Assembly: GCA_963765765.1 (NCBI GenBank)
Contig: CAVXYC010000025.1
Location: forward strand, 1 to 64,000
Direction: 5' to 3'
From: an uncultured Chloroflexia bacterium
Lineage (GTDB): Bacteria > Chloroflexota > UBA6077 > JACCZL01
Length of the DNA stretch: 64,000 bases
The translations under genes and the position numbers were made by a program. Shown here in pieces: positions 10,155 through 20,473 of this stretch (positions are counted from its first letter, which is position 1; every line of letters begins with the position of its first letter). The notes beneath the pieces were generated by a model. The model did not search any database, was not told the origin of the DNA, and saw only the letters and a list, made by a program, of their open reading frames with translations.

Positions 10155-11831
10155 ATGGCCGTAACTTCCTCGGCGAGGCGGTTGCACGTGCCAATAAGAG
10201 TGCAACCGCTCGCATCATTGAGCATCGCCGTGGCACTCATCCTTGCTGTGCCCGTTCTCACGGTGCTCTCTAGCCTGATGGCAGCTCCAGACACCGTGAT
10301 GAGCCACCTTGTCGCTACGGTTCTCCCCCGCTATCTAACCAATACACTCTGGCTCGTCGCAGGAGTCGGCCTTGGCGTTCTCGGCGTGGGTGTCGGATGC
10401 GCCTGGCTCGTCACTATGTGTCGTTTTCGCACGAGCCGGATCTGTGAGTGGGCAATTCTGCTGCCAATGGCTGTGCCCGCGTACATCCTGGCTTACACAT
10501 ACACTTCGTTCTTTGACGTCGGCGGTCCGGTCCAGGCCTGGATCCGAGTCACGTTTCACGTCACGGTGCGCGATTATTGGTTTCCTCAGATTCGGTCGCT
10601 CGAGTCCGCGATTCTCATGCTGACGCTGGCGTTATTTCCGTACGTGTACCTGCTGTCTCGTGCAGCATTTCTTGAGCAGTCGGTCGGCGCTCTGGAAGTG
10701 AGCCGGACACTGGGCTACGGGCCATGGGCGAGCTTTTTCAGGGTGGCGCTGCCGCTGGCTCGGCCATCCGTGGTGGCGGGGGTCAGCCTCGCGCTCATGG
10801 AGACTCTCGGTGATTTCGGCACCGTCCAGTATTTTGGGATCGATACATTTACCACGGGAATTTTTCGAAGCTGGTACGGCATGGACTCCAGGGCCACGGC
10901 CGCTCAGCTCTCCGCGATTCTCCTGCTCATCGTCGCGGGCGTTATCCTCATCGAACGCTGGTCTCGAGGTCGAGCCAAATATCATCACGCCTCTAGCCGG
11001 TACACCGCACTACAGCCATACCGACTGCGCGGCATACGCGCCGTCGGCGCAGCGCTGTTTTGCTGGGTGCCCATCACGTTGGGATTCTTGCTTCCCGCCG
11101 GACTTCTAACCTACATGTCGATTCAGAGTGGCGATCGATACCTGGGGCCCGCGTTTCTGCGCTTCGCCTCAAACAGTCTGATGCTGGCGGGAATCGCCAG
11201 TGTTGCGGCTGTTATCCTGGCCACCGTGATGGCATACGCCGTCCGCGTCTCTCCCGATGGCCTGGCACGTCTGGCGGCCACGCTCGGCACACTCGGTTAC
11301 GCCGTTCCCGGATCGGTCATCGCGGTAGGAGTCCTGCTAGCTCTGGGACGGTTTGACAACGCGCTGGATGGCGCGATGCGCTCCGCGATCGGAATTTCAA
11401 CAGGGCTGTTATTGAGCGGAAGTGGATTCGCCTTGATTTACGCTTATCAGGCGCGCTTCCTGGCGATAGCATTTAACCCGGTAGACGCGAGCTTGACGAG
11501 AATCCGCTCGGGATTTGACGATGCAGCCAGGACCTTAGGAGCAACACCGCTAGGCGCGCTTCAGCGAGTGCATGCGCCGATCATGCGCGCGAGCGTATTT
11601 ACCGCCATCACCCTGGTCTTCGTGGACGTGATCAAGGAGCTTCCGGCGACGGTCATTGTTCGGCCATTCAATTTGGACACGCTGGCTGTCAGGGTCTACC
11701 AGCTTGCCGCGGATGAGCGGCTTGCCGAGGCGTCCACAGCCGCGCTAGCTATTGTCATCGTCGGGATTATTCCTGTGATTCTGTTGACCCGCGCAATCGG
11801 CCGCTCAAGGCCCGGCGAGACACGGCGTTAG
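10155..11831 (+). CDS. Fe(3+) ABC transporter permease
   Basis: Two permease halves with EAA-type loops (LEVSRTLG, DDAARTLG), plus DFGTVQYFG and KELPAT. Confidence 0.93.
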   Translation: MAVTSSARRLHVPIRVQPLASLSIAVALILAVPVLTVLSSLMAAPDTVMSHLVATVLPRYLTNTLWLVAGVGLGVLGVGVGCAWLVTMCRFRTSRICEWAILLPMAVPAYILAYTYTSFFDVGGPVQAWIRVTFHVTVRDYWFPQIRSLESAILMLTLALFPYVYLLSRAAFLEQSVGALEVSRTLGYGPWASFFRVALPLARPSVVAGVSLALMETLGDFGTVQYFGIDTFTTGIFRSWYGMDSRATAAQLSAILLLIVAGVILIERWSRGRAKYHHASSRYTALQPYRLRGIRAVGAALFCWVPITLGFLLPAGLLTYMSIQSGDRYLGPAFLRFASNSLMLAGIASVAAVILATVMAYAVRVSPDGLARLAATLGTLGYAVPGSVIAVGVLLALGRFDNALDGAMRSAIGISTGLLLSGSGFALIYAYQARFLAIAFNPVDASLTRIRSGFDDAARTLGATPLGALQRVHAPIMRASVFTAITLVFVDVIKELPATVIVRPFNLDTLAVRVYQLAADERLAEASTAALAIVIVGIIPVILLTRAIGRSRPGETRR

Positions 11832-11832
11832 C

Positions 11833-12912
11833 GTGATCGGCCAGGACGAGGTCGGCTTTGAGGCCGTGACGCATTATTACGATTCAGTACGAGCAGTCCA
11901 GGCTGTCTCGCTGACCATTGGTGACGGCCAGGTCCTTTGCCTGCTTGGCCCCTCGGGCTGCGGCAAGACCACACTCTTGCGACTGGTGGCCGGACTTGAA
12001 ACCTTGCAAGAAGGTCGCATTCTGCTCGCTGGAACGGTCGTGGCAGATAGTCACTACAGCCTGCCTCCAGAGAAGCGGCACGTTGGTATGCTCTTTCAGG
12101 ACTTTGCGCTCTTTCCGCATCTAACCGTGGGTGACAATGTGGGCTTCGGTCTGCGTCACCTGGAGAGGCGCAAAAAGGAGAATCGCATATCGACGCTGCT
12201 CGAGCGTGTCCAGCTCACCAACCTGGCCGACCGATATCCCCACACCCTCAGCGGTGGACAGCAGCAACGCGTGGCGCTGGCTCGCGCTTTGGCCCCGGAA
12301 CCGCGCGTCGTACTATTGGACGAGCCGTTCTCCGACCTTGACACACGTTTGCGGGAAGAGGTTCGGGATGAGACCTTGACAGTTCTCAAAGAAAGTGGCG
12401 CAACGGTTTTGATGGTGACCCACGATCCGTACGAGGCGATGGCCATGGGGGATCGTATTGCCGTCATGCGCGCGGGTGAGATTCTGCAGATCGGTGCTCC
12501 CGACGAAGTCTACGAGCATCCGTCCTCTCCATTCGTGGCGGAGACATTGGGCTCGGTAAATCGATTCATCGGCAATATTCGAGAGGGTCAGGTCGCCACT
12601 CCAATCGGGTCCGTCCTCGCGACTGACGGCGCGGAGGGAGCGCAGGTCACCGTGCTCGTACGACCGGAGGGCATCGCGCTGCGGCGGGACGCCGCGACCG
12701 CGGATCCCATGCCCAAGGCAAGGGTTGAGCAGGTACGTCGCATCGGTACCCTCAGTGTCATTGACATCGTTCCTGATGACGGTGCGGAACAGCGGTCCGT
12801 GCGCTCCATCCAGTTCGGTGCCGCCAGCGTTGAGGTGGGCGACATAGCGGCCGTAAGCATCGATGCTCGGCATACCTTCGTGTTTCCTTTGATTCCCCCG
12901 GGGGATCGGTGA
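11833..12912 (+). CDS. Fe(3+) ABC transporter ATP-binding protein
   Basis: Walker A GPSGCGKT, signature LSGGQQQR, Walker B LLDEPF, TOBE-like C-terminus. Confidence 0.95.
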   Translation: MIGQDEVGFEAVTHYYDSVRAVQAVSLTIGDGQVLCLLGPSGCGKTTLLRLVAGLETLQEGRILLAGTVVADSHYSLPPEKRHVGMLFQDFALFPHLTVGDNVGFGLRHLERRKKENRISTLLERVQLTNLADRYPHTLSGGQQQRVALARALAPEPRVVLLDEPFSDLDTRLREEVRDETLTVLKESGATVLMVTHDPYEAMAMGDRIAVMRAGEILQIGAPDEVYEHPSSPFVAETLGSVNRFIGNIREGQVATPIGSVLATDGAEGAQVTVLVRPEGIALRRDAATADPMPKARVEQVRRIGTLSVIDIVPDDGAEQRSVRSIQFGAASVEVGDIAAVSIDARHTFVFPLIPPGDR

Positions 12913-12996
12913 ATTGACATTTCGATCGCTGATGCGCGTGAGGCATGATCGCTGGAAGCGTTCGGTCTCAACCGGCGCGAGTGGTAAGAACGGCGA

Positions 12997-15390
12997 TTGT
13001 TGCGACTCAAGACGGAGATAGATGCTTTGAGTAATGAAGGACTGGGTCACGCGGCCGGAGGCTGGATCGGCGCTTCTATGCCGCGCCTCGAGGATCCGCG
13101 TTTTCTGCGAGGACAGGGTTACTACGCGACTGATATCCGCCCGCTCGGCTGCCTCCACGCCGCCATCCTGCGGAGCCCGCACGGCCACGCCCGTATTCGA
13201 TCCATCGATACATCAGAGGCGCGGGAAATGCTGGGCGTCGTCGGTGTGTTCACCGCCCTGGATTTGGGCGAGGCAAATCAACCGCTACCGCTCGTTATGA
13301 ACCACTCCAAGCTGCGGGCGAAAAGCCCCACCCCTCTGGCCTCTGAGAAGGTGCATCACGTGGGAGAAGCCGTAGCCGTGGTGGTAGCTGAGTCGCGCTA
13401 TCTCGCCGAGGACGCGCTCGACGCCATAGTGGTGGAGTACGAGCCGCTCCCGGCCGTTGTCTCGGCAATCGAGGCACTGGAGCCCGGTGCGCCGATCGTT
13501 CACGATGATCTTGGCGACAATCTGGCTATCGTTCTCACCCACGAACAGGGAGATGTGGCGGGCGCCTTTCGCGATGCCGACGTTGTGGTTCGCGAGCATC
13601 TCACACTCGGCCGGTGTAGCGGTCAGGCCATGGAGACTCGGGCCGTCACCGCTGAGTACCGGCCCGCCGCATGGGGCGTGAGCCTGACCGTCTGGGACTC
13701 TACCCAATCTCCGCATACGGCGCGGCGCTGTATGGCCGCGATGCTTGGTATGGCACCACGCGATATTCGCGTAATTGCGCCCGATATAGGCGGAGGGTTT
13801 GGGGTCAAGAACCGCTTCTATCCCGAGGAAGCGCTCATACCCTGGCTGGCGAGACACCTGCAGAGACCCGTGCAGTGGATCGAGGATCGCCGCGAGGATT
13901 TCCTATCCACGTATCAAGCGCGCGAGCAAGATCACCAGATCGAGCTCGCGGCTCGGAGCGACGGCACCATCTTAGCCGCCAGGATCAGGATTCTCCATGA
14001 TGCTGGCGCGTATTCACCTTTTGGTATCGTCGTACCCTGGAACAGCGCCGAGACGATGGTTGGCCCGTACCGCTTCCCGGCGGTCCAGGTTGAGATGCGC
14101 AGCGCTTACACGAATAAGCCCGGGAATGCACCGTATAGGGGCGCTGGGCGTCCTTCCGGCACCTTCAGCATGGAGCGCATGGTAGATCTCCTAGCGCGTG
14201 AGCTTGATATGCCCCCCGCGGTGGTGCGGGCTCGCAATTTCATCCAGCCAGACGAGATGCCATACAAGATACCCATTATTTCGCGCGATGGCACGGCCAT
14301 CGAATACGACAGCGGCGACTATCCGGCTGCCATGGACACGCTGATGCAGGCGGTGGACGAACCGGCGTTTAGAGCCAGACAGAGAGCTGCTAGAGATGAT
14401 GGCTGCATGCTAGGCCTCGGCGTTGCCTGCTACGTGGAGCGCACCGGCACCGGCCCCTTCGAGGGAGCCACTGTACGCGTTGAGTCGGATGGCCACGTGC
14501 TCGTCATGACCGGCGCGACGCCGCAGGGCCAGGGTCATCAAACCGTCTATGCACAGGTGTGCGCTGAGCGCCTGGGCGTGAAGCCAGAGGACGTCACCAT
14601 CATTACCGGTGACACTGAAGCCATCGCTATGGGCGTGGGAACATCTGCAAGTCGCTCAGCGGTGACAGCCGGGAACGCGGTCAGTCAAGCATCACAGGGG
14701 CTCAAAGAGAAGGTGCTTACCATTGCCGCGCACCTGCTGGAGACGTCTCCCGACGATGTCGAGATGCGTGAGAGCATCGCTCACGTCCGCGGCGCACCGG
14801 AGCGCTCATTACCGCTGGCGCGCATCGCTCAGCTGGCTATTGCGCCCTCACCGAACGCCCCACTGCCGCGCGGAGTCGAGCCGGGACTCGAGTACACGAC
14901 TTATTTCGCGCCCGAGGCACCGACGTTCTCCAACGGTGCGCACGCGGCCATTGTGGAAGTGGACCCGGAATCGGGCATGGTTACGCTCGAGAGCTACATC
15001 GTGGCGCACGACTGCGGGACGGTCTTAAACCCGATGCTACTGGACGGGCAGGTGCACGGCGGTGTGGCGCAGGGCCTCGGCAACGCTCTTACCGAGGAGC
15101 TCCACTACGACAGCGAAGGGCAGTTACTGACGTCCACGTACCTGGACTACCTGATACCGAGCGCGACCGAAATCCCCATGATGGACACGCTACACCTCGA
15201 GACCCGCTCGCCTAACAATCCGGAGGGCATCAAGGGCGCCGGTGAGGGCGGGACCATCCCCGTGCCCGCTGTAGTGGCCAACGCGATTGATGACGCCCTG
15301 GCGCATCTGGGCGTGCGCGTGACTCACGCGCCGATCACTCCCGACAGGTTGCGCCGGCTCATACGAGAGCAAGCCAAAGCGAGTCCCTAG
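12997..15390 (+). CDS. Xanthine dehydrogenase family molybdopterin large subunit (form II CoxL-like)
   Basis: IGGGFGVK, active-site loop PYRGAGRP (not the AYxCSFR of true CO dehydrogenase), QGQGHQT, GQVHGGVAQG, GIKGAGEGG. Confidence 0.93.
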   Translation: MLRLKTEIDALSNEGLGHAAGGWIGASMPRLEDPRFLRGQGYYATDIRPLGCLHAAILRSPHGHARIRSIDTSEAREMLGVVGVFTALDLGEANQPLPLVMNHSKLRAKSPTPLASEKVHHVGEAVAVVVAESRYLAEDALDAIVVEYEPLPAVVSAIEALEPGAPIVHDDLGDNLAIVLTHEQGDVAGAFRDADVVVREHLTLGRCSGQAMETRAVTAEYRPAAWGVSLTVWDSTQSPHTARRCMAAMLGMAPRDIRVIAPDIGGGFGVKNRFYPEEALIPWLARHLQRPVQWIEDRREDFLSTYQAREQDHQIELAARSDGTILAARIRILHDAGAYSPFGIVVPWNSAETMVGPYRFPAVQVEMRSAYTNKPGNAPYRGAGRPSGTFSMERMVDLLARELDMPPAVVRARNFIQPDEMPYKIPIISRDGTAIEYDSGDYPAAMDTLMQAVDEPAFRARQRAARDDGCMLGLGVACYVERTGTGPFEGATVRVESDGHVLVMTGATPQGQGHQTVYAQVCAERLGVKPEDVTIITGDTEAIAMGVGTSASRSAVTAGNAVSQASQGLKEKVLTIAAHLLETSPDDVEMRESIAHVRGAPERSLPLARIAQLAIAPSPNAPLPRGVEPGLEYTTYFAPEAPTFSNGAHAAIVEVDPESGMVTLESYIVAHDCGTVLNPMLLDGQVHGGVAQGLGNALTEELHYDSEGQLLTSTYLDYLIPSATEIPMMDTLHLETRSPNNPEGIKGAGEGGTIPVPAVVANAIDDALAHLGVRVTHAPITPDRLRRLIREQAKASP

Positions 15391-15476
15391 AGCGGGCCTC
15401 CGTGCCCGCGCGTCGCTCTGGCCAGCTTCCAAAATGACTTGCGGGCGCGGAGGCCCGCTCTACTGGCTCTTCCCCG

Positions 15477-15932
15477 CTACTCGAAGATCCAGAGGTCCGT
15501 GGAGCGGTCCCAGGTGGAAAGCTCACTCGCCTGAAACCAGAGTGCCACCTCACGGGCCCCAGTCTCGGGCGAATCCGACGCGTGGACGAGATTGCGACCG
15601 ATTTCAAGGGCAAAGTCACCCCGAATGGTGCCTGCCGGAGATGCCGTGGGATTGGTGGCCCCTACGCTCGCGCGGACGGCCGCCACGGCGTTAGAGCCCT
15701 CGAAGACCGCCGTCACCACCGGTGCGGCGCAGATGTAGCGAATGAGTCCCTCGTAGAAAGGCTTGCCTTCGTGTTCGGCGTAGTGCTTTTGTGCGAGCGA
15801 CTCAGGAACAGCAAGCATCTTGAGACCGACAAGCTTGAGACCGCGCGCTTCCAGGCGGGCCAGAATGGTGCCGATGAGGCCACGCTGGACCCCATCCGGC
15901 TTGACAATGACGAGTGTGCGTTCACGTTCCAT
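15477..15932 (-). CDS. ndk: Nucleoside-diphosphate kinase
   Basis: ERTLVIVKPDGVQRGL, GTIRGDF, RNLVHASDS. Confidence 0.98.
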   Translation of the reverse strand: MERERTLVIVKPDGVQRGLIGTILARLEARGLKLVGLKMLAVPESLAQKHYAEHEGKPFYEGLIRYICAAPVVTAVFEGSNAVAAVRASVGATNPTASPAGTIRGDFALEIGRNLVHASDSPETGAREVALWFQASELSTWDRSTDLWIFE

Positions 15933-15962
15933 AGCGCTGATACCTTAGTGGAGAGATGAGAT

Positions 15963-16006
15963 TGTGAGCAACCGCAAGTCGGCGCATAGCTCACACGTTC
16001 TATAAT
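15963..16006 (+). promoter_or_regulatory. Divergent promoter region with an inverted repeat and a -10 box
   Basis: TGTGAGC...GCTCACA inverted repeat and TATAAT at 16001-16006. Confidence 0.45.
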
Positions 16007-16045
16007 GTCGGAGTTCGAAGGAACGAACGAATGGGAGGACATTCG

Positions 16046-16204
16046 ATGGCAGTTGAAGCCTACTGCATGAAGTGCAAACAAACTCGTGAGATCAAGGACC
16101 CGCAGCAGGTCACAATGAAGAATGGCCGACCGGCCACTCAGGGCACCTGCGGAACATGCGGAACCAAGATGTTCAAGATCGGCGCAGGAGCGGCCAAGAA
16201 GTAA
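16046..16204 (+). CDS. DUF5679 small zinc-ribbon protein (52 aa)
   Basis: MAVEAYCMKCKQTREIKDPQQVTMKNGRPATQGTCGTCGTKMFKIGAGAAKK with a GGAGG RBS. Below the ORF-track cutoff. Confidence 0.88.
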   Translation: MAVEAYCMKCKQTREIKDPQQVTMKNGRPATQGTCGTCGTKMFKIGAGAAKK

Positions 16205-16439
16205 GATCGCGCTCCTGTAGCCGCGCACCAACGTGAGACATTGCCACGTTGGTCGCGTGTCAGTCAGGTGCAAGCCCGCGGCGCGCATCCGTGCGCGGCT
16301 ACACCTCGATTCCACCTCGCGCACGCTATGTCTCTGCATATCGCGGCGCCCAGAAAAATCATGTTACCAACGCGCAACGACGCGCGGGGTGCATGATCAG
16401 CGATGTGCCCCTGGAGCTCAGCACAGTCTCCACGCTGCC

Positions 16440-16680
16440 GTGGACGCGATCGCGAAAGACATCCATGGGAGGGGCTCACGACCCGCACATGAGCACTTTC
16501 TCCTTACCGATCGACTGACTACGCTCGGTCGATAATCTCGCAGGCTAGCGCATCCCCGTTCGCGGCAGTGGTTTAGGGCTGGCGTTGGTGAAACATATCC
16601 TGACGCTTCATGGCGGGATCCTTGGCGCCCGTAGCGTGCCCGAGAGGGAGCGACGTTTGGATCCGCCTTCCAGTTCACGA
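16440..16680 (+). pseudogene. Remnant of a sensor histidine kinase HATPase_c C-terminus
   Basis: G2 box RGSGLGLALVKHILTLHGGILGARSVP from 16561. Upstream frames are broken by stops. Confidence 0.65.
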
Positions 16681-16861
16681 TCAGGGACTGCCAAAGACCA
16701 CGAACGGGGGACAGCAGCTAGCTTTCGGATCACCCGCCATCGATTCCAACTAGCTCCGTACGCGTGTCCTACAGTTCCATCCAGTCGGCCCTTCCGCGAT
16801 CTTCTGATTACGGCAACGTCGGTTGTGCGAGAGCAGCCGTTAAGCCGCAAGCAAAGGATTA

Positions 16862-17314
16862 CTAACGCTCGTTAACAGGTCTGGTAGCCGGAAACGGCAT
16901 CCAATGACTCCAACCAGAGCCCAAACTGAACTCCGGGCGGTGTGTGAACCCAACGAGGTGCGTCGGACAGCGGCAGTCGGATGAGCCGAACCGTGGATAC
17001 GGTTGAAACGCGCCAGGCCCAGCCAGAATTGAGATAGCGATCGAGCACTCAATACGGACGGTGGTCTCGGTGAAGAGCACTAAGACGATTTCAGCATGTT
17101 CCCGAAGGCCGTCCACGTGCCAGTGCCGTGGCTTCTCGAGCCTGATGTGCCGTCCGATCCGCGATCGGAGGCCTTTGAGCGCGCTGCCGGTGTAGTAGTA
17201 CCAGCCGGCTGGGAATTGAGCGCGTCCGTGTCGCCCCACCTGGATCTCGCAATCTGACTCTAATAGAAGCTCGAGAACGTACGTGCCTGGCTTGTCGGGT
17301 AGATCTAACGACAT
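16862..17314 (-). CDS. GIY-YIG (Uri superfamily, DUF123) nuclease-like protein
   Basis: GTYVL, GWYYYTGSA, RIGRH, HWHVD, FGSSDCRCPTHL. Confidence 0.88.
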   Translation of the reverse strand: MSLDLPDKPGTYVLELLLESDCEIQVGRHGRAQFPAGWYYYTGSALKGLRSRIGRHIRLEKPRHWHVDGLREHAEIVLVLFTETTVRIECSIAISILAGPGAFQPYPRFGSSDCRCPTHLVGFTHRPEFSLGSGWSHWMPFPATRPVNER

Positions 17315-17344
17315 TATTCCGACGCGTATACTCGCACGGTTTCA

Positions 17345-18542
17345 GTGACTACTTCTCAAACAATCAGCTCCAGCGTCCCGCGTGAACGCCTGTTCACGCG
17401 GGATTTCGGCCTCCTGTGCATCACGGGTTGCCTGAATTTCGCCGTCCACATGCTGGCCGTAACGAGTCTTCCGCTGCTCGTCACGGGGCCCATAGGCGGA
17501 TCAGAGAGCGACGTGGGCCTGGCATTGAGTGCCTTCTATGTGGCTGCTGTCGTCTTGCGCGTTCCGCTGGGGCGGCTCATTGACGTCTGGGGCCGTCGGG
17601 CTGTCATGACGTTCTGTCTCTCAGCATTGATATTGGCCAGCGGCGGCTATCTGCTGGCGAGCAGCGTCCTTGCCCTGCTCATTGTCAGGGCGCTCCACGG
17701 TGGTTGCTTTGCCGGGTATGGAACCGCCGGGCAGCACCATGGTGGGTGATATCGTTCCCGCGAAAAGGCGCGGTGAAGCGTTGGGCTACTACGGTCTCCT
17801 GGGCCACGTGGCGCTCGCAATCATGCCGTGGATTGCGTTCAGAACGATTGAGAGCGCCGGATTCGGGGCGCTCTATGCCCTTTCCGCTGTACTCGCGGTC
17901 CTCGGAGTCATTGGCTCATTACTCGTTCGGGAGCCGCCGCGAGGCCATAAAGCACCATCAGCGCAGGGCCTGATCCTGGGGCTTTTCCATCCCGCCGCCT
18001 TCCGGCCAGCGGTGATCCTGGGCCTGTTCACGATGGTCTACGCCGCACAGATTCTGTTTCTTCCGCTCTACGCTCGAGTCCGAGGGATAGGGGATCCTGG
18101 TCTCTACTTCGCGGTGTACGGCGGAGTCCTGATTCTTGCCCGCGGTCCGGCCGGAAGAGTCTCTGACCGCATTGGTCGAGGGCCGGCCATCATTCCAGGT
18201 CTGGCGCTGAGCACTGTATCAATGCTCCTCCTCTCGTTCGCGGATTCACTACCGCTCATGCTGGTCTCCGCGGGAATCTTCGCCATCGCATTCGCGCTCG
18301 TCACACCATCGCTCAGTGCGCTGGTCGTAGACATCACTCACCCTACGGAGCGGGGCTCCGCAATGGCCACGCACACCACCTTCTTCGATATCGGCACCGG
18401 GCTCGGTGCGGCGCTGTGCGGAGTTCTCGCCGAGCGCATCGGTTTCCAGGCCACGTATGCCGCGGGATCGATGATCGGACTCATCGCAATCGGTCTTTAT
18501 GGTGCGATCGTCTGGCGCAAGGTGCGACCATCCTCGGCTTGA
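17345..18542 (+). CDS. MFS transporter (frameshift near 17730)
   Basis: GRLIDVWGRR and GRVSDRIGR motifs, 12-TM pattern across two frames. Confidence 0.9.
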
Positions 18543-18619
18543 CAGTGGCGTGGCGTCTGCCCTGGATGATCGATCGGAGTTATTCTCAGCCGGACGTCAA
18601 CTGACGGGGAGTAACATTC

Positions 18620-19093
18620 ATGGCGGAGAGTAACGTTACAGAGGGAATGCCCGCGCCCGACTTCTCACTTCCAAGTACCAGCGGCGAGACCATCAGCCTC
18701 TCCGATTTCAAGGGCAAGCAGGCTGTCGTCCTGTACTTCTATCCCAAGGACAGTACTCCGGGCTGCACGGTGGAGGCCTGTTCGTTTCGTGACAACCTGG
18801 CGGCGGTGCAATCGCATGGCGCGGCGGTTCTGGGCGTCAGTCCCGATAGCGTCAAGTCACACACGAACTTTACCCAGAAGCAGGGTCTGAATTTTCCCCT
18901 CCTGGCTGATACCGAGCGTGAGCTGGCTAAGGCCTATGATGTCTGGGTGGAGAAGAAGCAGTACGGTCGCATGTACATGGGGGTCGAGCGATCCACCTTC
19001 CTGATAGACAAAGACGGCAAGATCAAGAAAATCTGGCGCAAAGTCACGCCCAAGACCCATGTTGCGGACGTGATCGCGGCACTAGAAAGCTGA
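18620..19093 (+). CDS. bcp: Thioredoxin-dependent peroxiredoxin BCP
   Basis: VLYFYPKDSTPGCTVEACSFRD, RSTFLID. Confidence 0.95.
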   Translation: MAESNVTEGMPAPDFSLPSTSGETISLSDFKGKQAVVLYFYPKDSTPGCTVEACSFRDNLAAVQSHGAAVLGVSPDSVKSHTNFTQKQGLNFPLLADTERELAKAYDVWVEKKQYGRMYMGVERSTFLIDKDGKIKKIWRKVTPKTHVADVIAALES

Positions 19094-19096
19094 CCC

Positions 19097-20419
19097 GTGA
19101 CGCTCACAAAGGATGAGCTGAAAGCTCGCGTATGCGCTGAGATCGATCGACGCGCCCCCGAGATTGCTGCGGTCAGCGAGCACATCATGCACCATCCAGA
19201 GGCCGGCTTTCGAGAGCATCGGACATCGGCCTTTGTGCGCGAGCAACTCGACCGCATGGGCCTTGCGCATCGCGATGGTCTGGCTCTCACGGGGGTCAAA
19301 GTTCGCATGCGTGGCCGAGCACCAGGCCCGACGCTCGCCATCCTCGGCGAGCTGGACTCGCTGATCATCTCGGATCATCCGTTCGCCGACCCGCGGACGC
19401 ACGCGGCGCACGCCTGCGGGCACAACGCGCAGATCGCATCGATGCTCGGCGCGGGCATGGGACTTCAAAGAGTCATGGATGAGCTCGACGGGGACGTCGT
19501 GCTTTTTGCCGTTCCCGCGGAGGAGTACATCGAGGTCGAGTGGCGCCTCCAGCTCCGGGCGGAAAAGAAGCTCGAATTCCTCACCGGCAAGTCCGAGCTC
19601 ATCAAGCTGGGCGAGTTCGACGATGTCGATCTGGCAACCATCACACACACCACGTCACGGCCTGAGGAGAAGCAAGCGTCGGTAGGCATGACCTACAACG
19701 GCTGCGTAGTGAAGTTTGTGCGCTTCATCGGCAAGTCGGCGCACGCGGGCGGCGCCCCCCACAATGGGATCAACGCGCTCAAGGCGGCGATGCTCGCTCT
19801 TCAGGCTATCGATGCGCAGCGTGAGACATTTCGGGATGAGGACCATATCCGGGTCCATCCGATCATCACGCGTGGCGGTGACGCGGTGAGCGCCATACCC
19901 GCGGATGTGCGGCTCGAGACGTTCGTGCGAGGAAGCTCGCTGAAAGCGATCCAGGAAGCGGATGCCAAAGTTGATCGCTGCTTGCGAGCCGGAGCAATGG
20001 CTATGGGCGCAAAAGTGGAGATTACAACGCTTCCCGGGTACCTACCACTCCAGTGCGATCCCAACCTGGCCGAGTTGACGCTGGCGAATTGTCGAGACGT
20101 TGTAGGCGCTGAAAACGTTGGCGGATCCGGCCACGCCACTGGATCCACCGACCTCGGCGATCTGGGTGCCATCATGCCAGTCGTCCATCCACGCGCCGGC
20201 GGCGCCAAGGGCAACGGTCACGGTAACGATTATTGGACCGTCGATCAGCAGATTGCCGCAATCAATCCTGCCAAAGCCATGGCTCTCACTGCCATTGATC
20301 TCCTCTACGACGGCGCGAAAGAAGCCCATCGAATCAAAGCCGAATCACGCCCGCTCCTCACGCGAGACGAGTATTTGAAGCTAGTGAGAGGGTTTGCTCG
20401 AGAAGAACGATACGAGTGA
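19097..20419 (+). CDS. M20 family amidohydrolase
   Basis: HPEAGFRE, HACGHNAQ, VPAEE, GKSAHAG, GSTDLGD. Confidence 0.92.
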   Translation: MTLTKDELKARVCAEIDRRAPEIAAVSEHIMHHPEAGFREHRTSAFVREQLDRMGLAHRDGLALTGVKVRMRGRAPGPTLAILGELDSLIISDHPFADPRTHAAHACGHNAQIASMLGAGMGLQRVMDELDGDVVLFAVPAEEYIEVEWRLQLRAEKKLEFLTGKSELIKLGEFDDVDLATITHTTSRPEEKQASVGMTYNGCVVKFVRFIGKSAHAGGAPHNGINALKAAMLALQAIDAQRETFRDEDHIRVHPIITRGGDAVSAIPADVRLETFVRGSSLKAIQEADAKVDRCLRAGAMAMGAKVEITTLPGYLPLQCDPNLAELTLANCRDVVGAENVGGSGHATGSTDLGDLGAIMPVVHPRAGGAKGNGHGNDYWTVDQQIAAINPAKAMALTAIDLLYDGAKEAHRIKAESRPLLTRDEYLKLVRGFAREERYE

Positions 20420-20473
20420 GCAGTGGGCAATGCGAAGGGAGTCGCAGGTTAGCCGGCGAGGGAACGCTAGAGC

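Noticed and set aside
12997-15390. Aerobic CO dehydrogenase (form I coxL)
   Set aside because: The active-site loop is PYRGAGR, not AYxCSFR, and no cox accessory genes are present.
16862-17314. Homing endonuclease or intron-associated mobile element
   Set aside because: It matches the stand-alone DUF123 type, with no interrupted host gene or intron structure around it.
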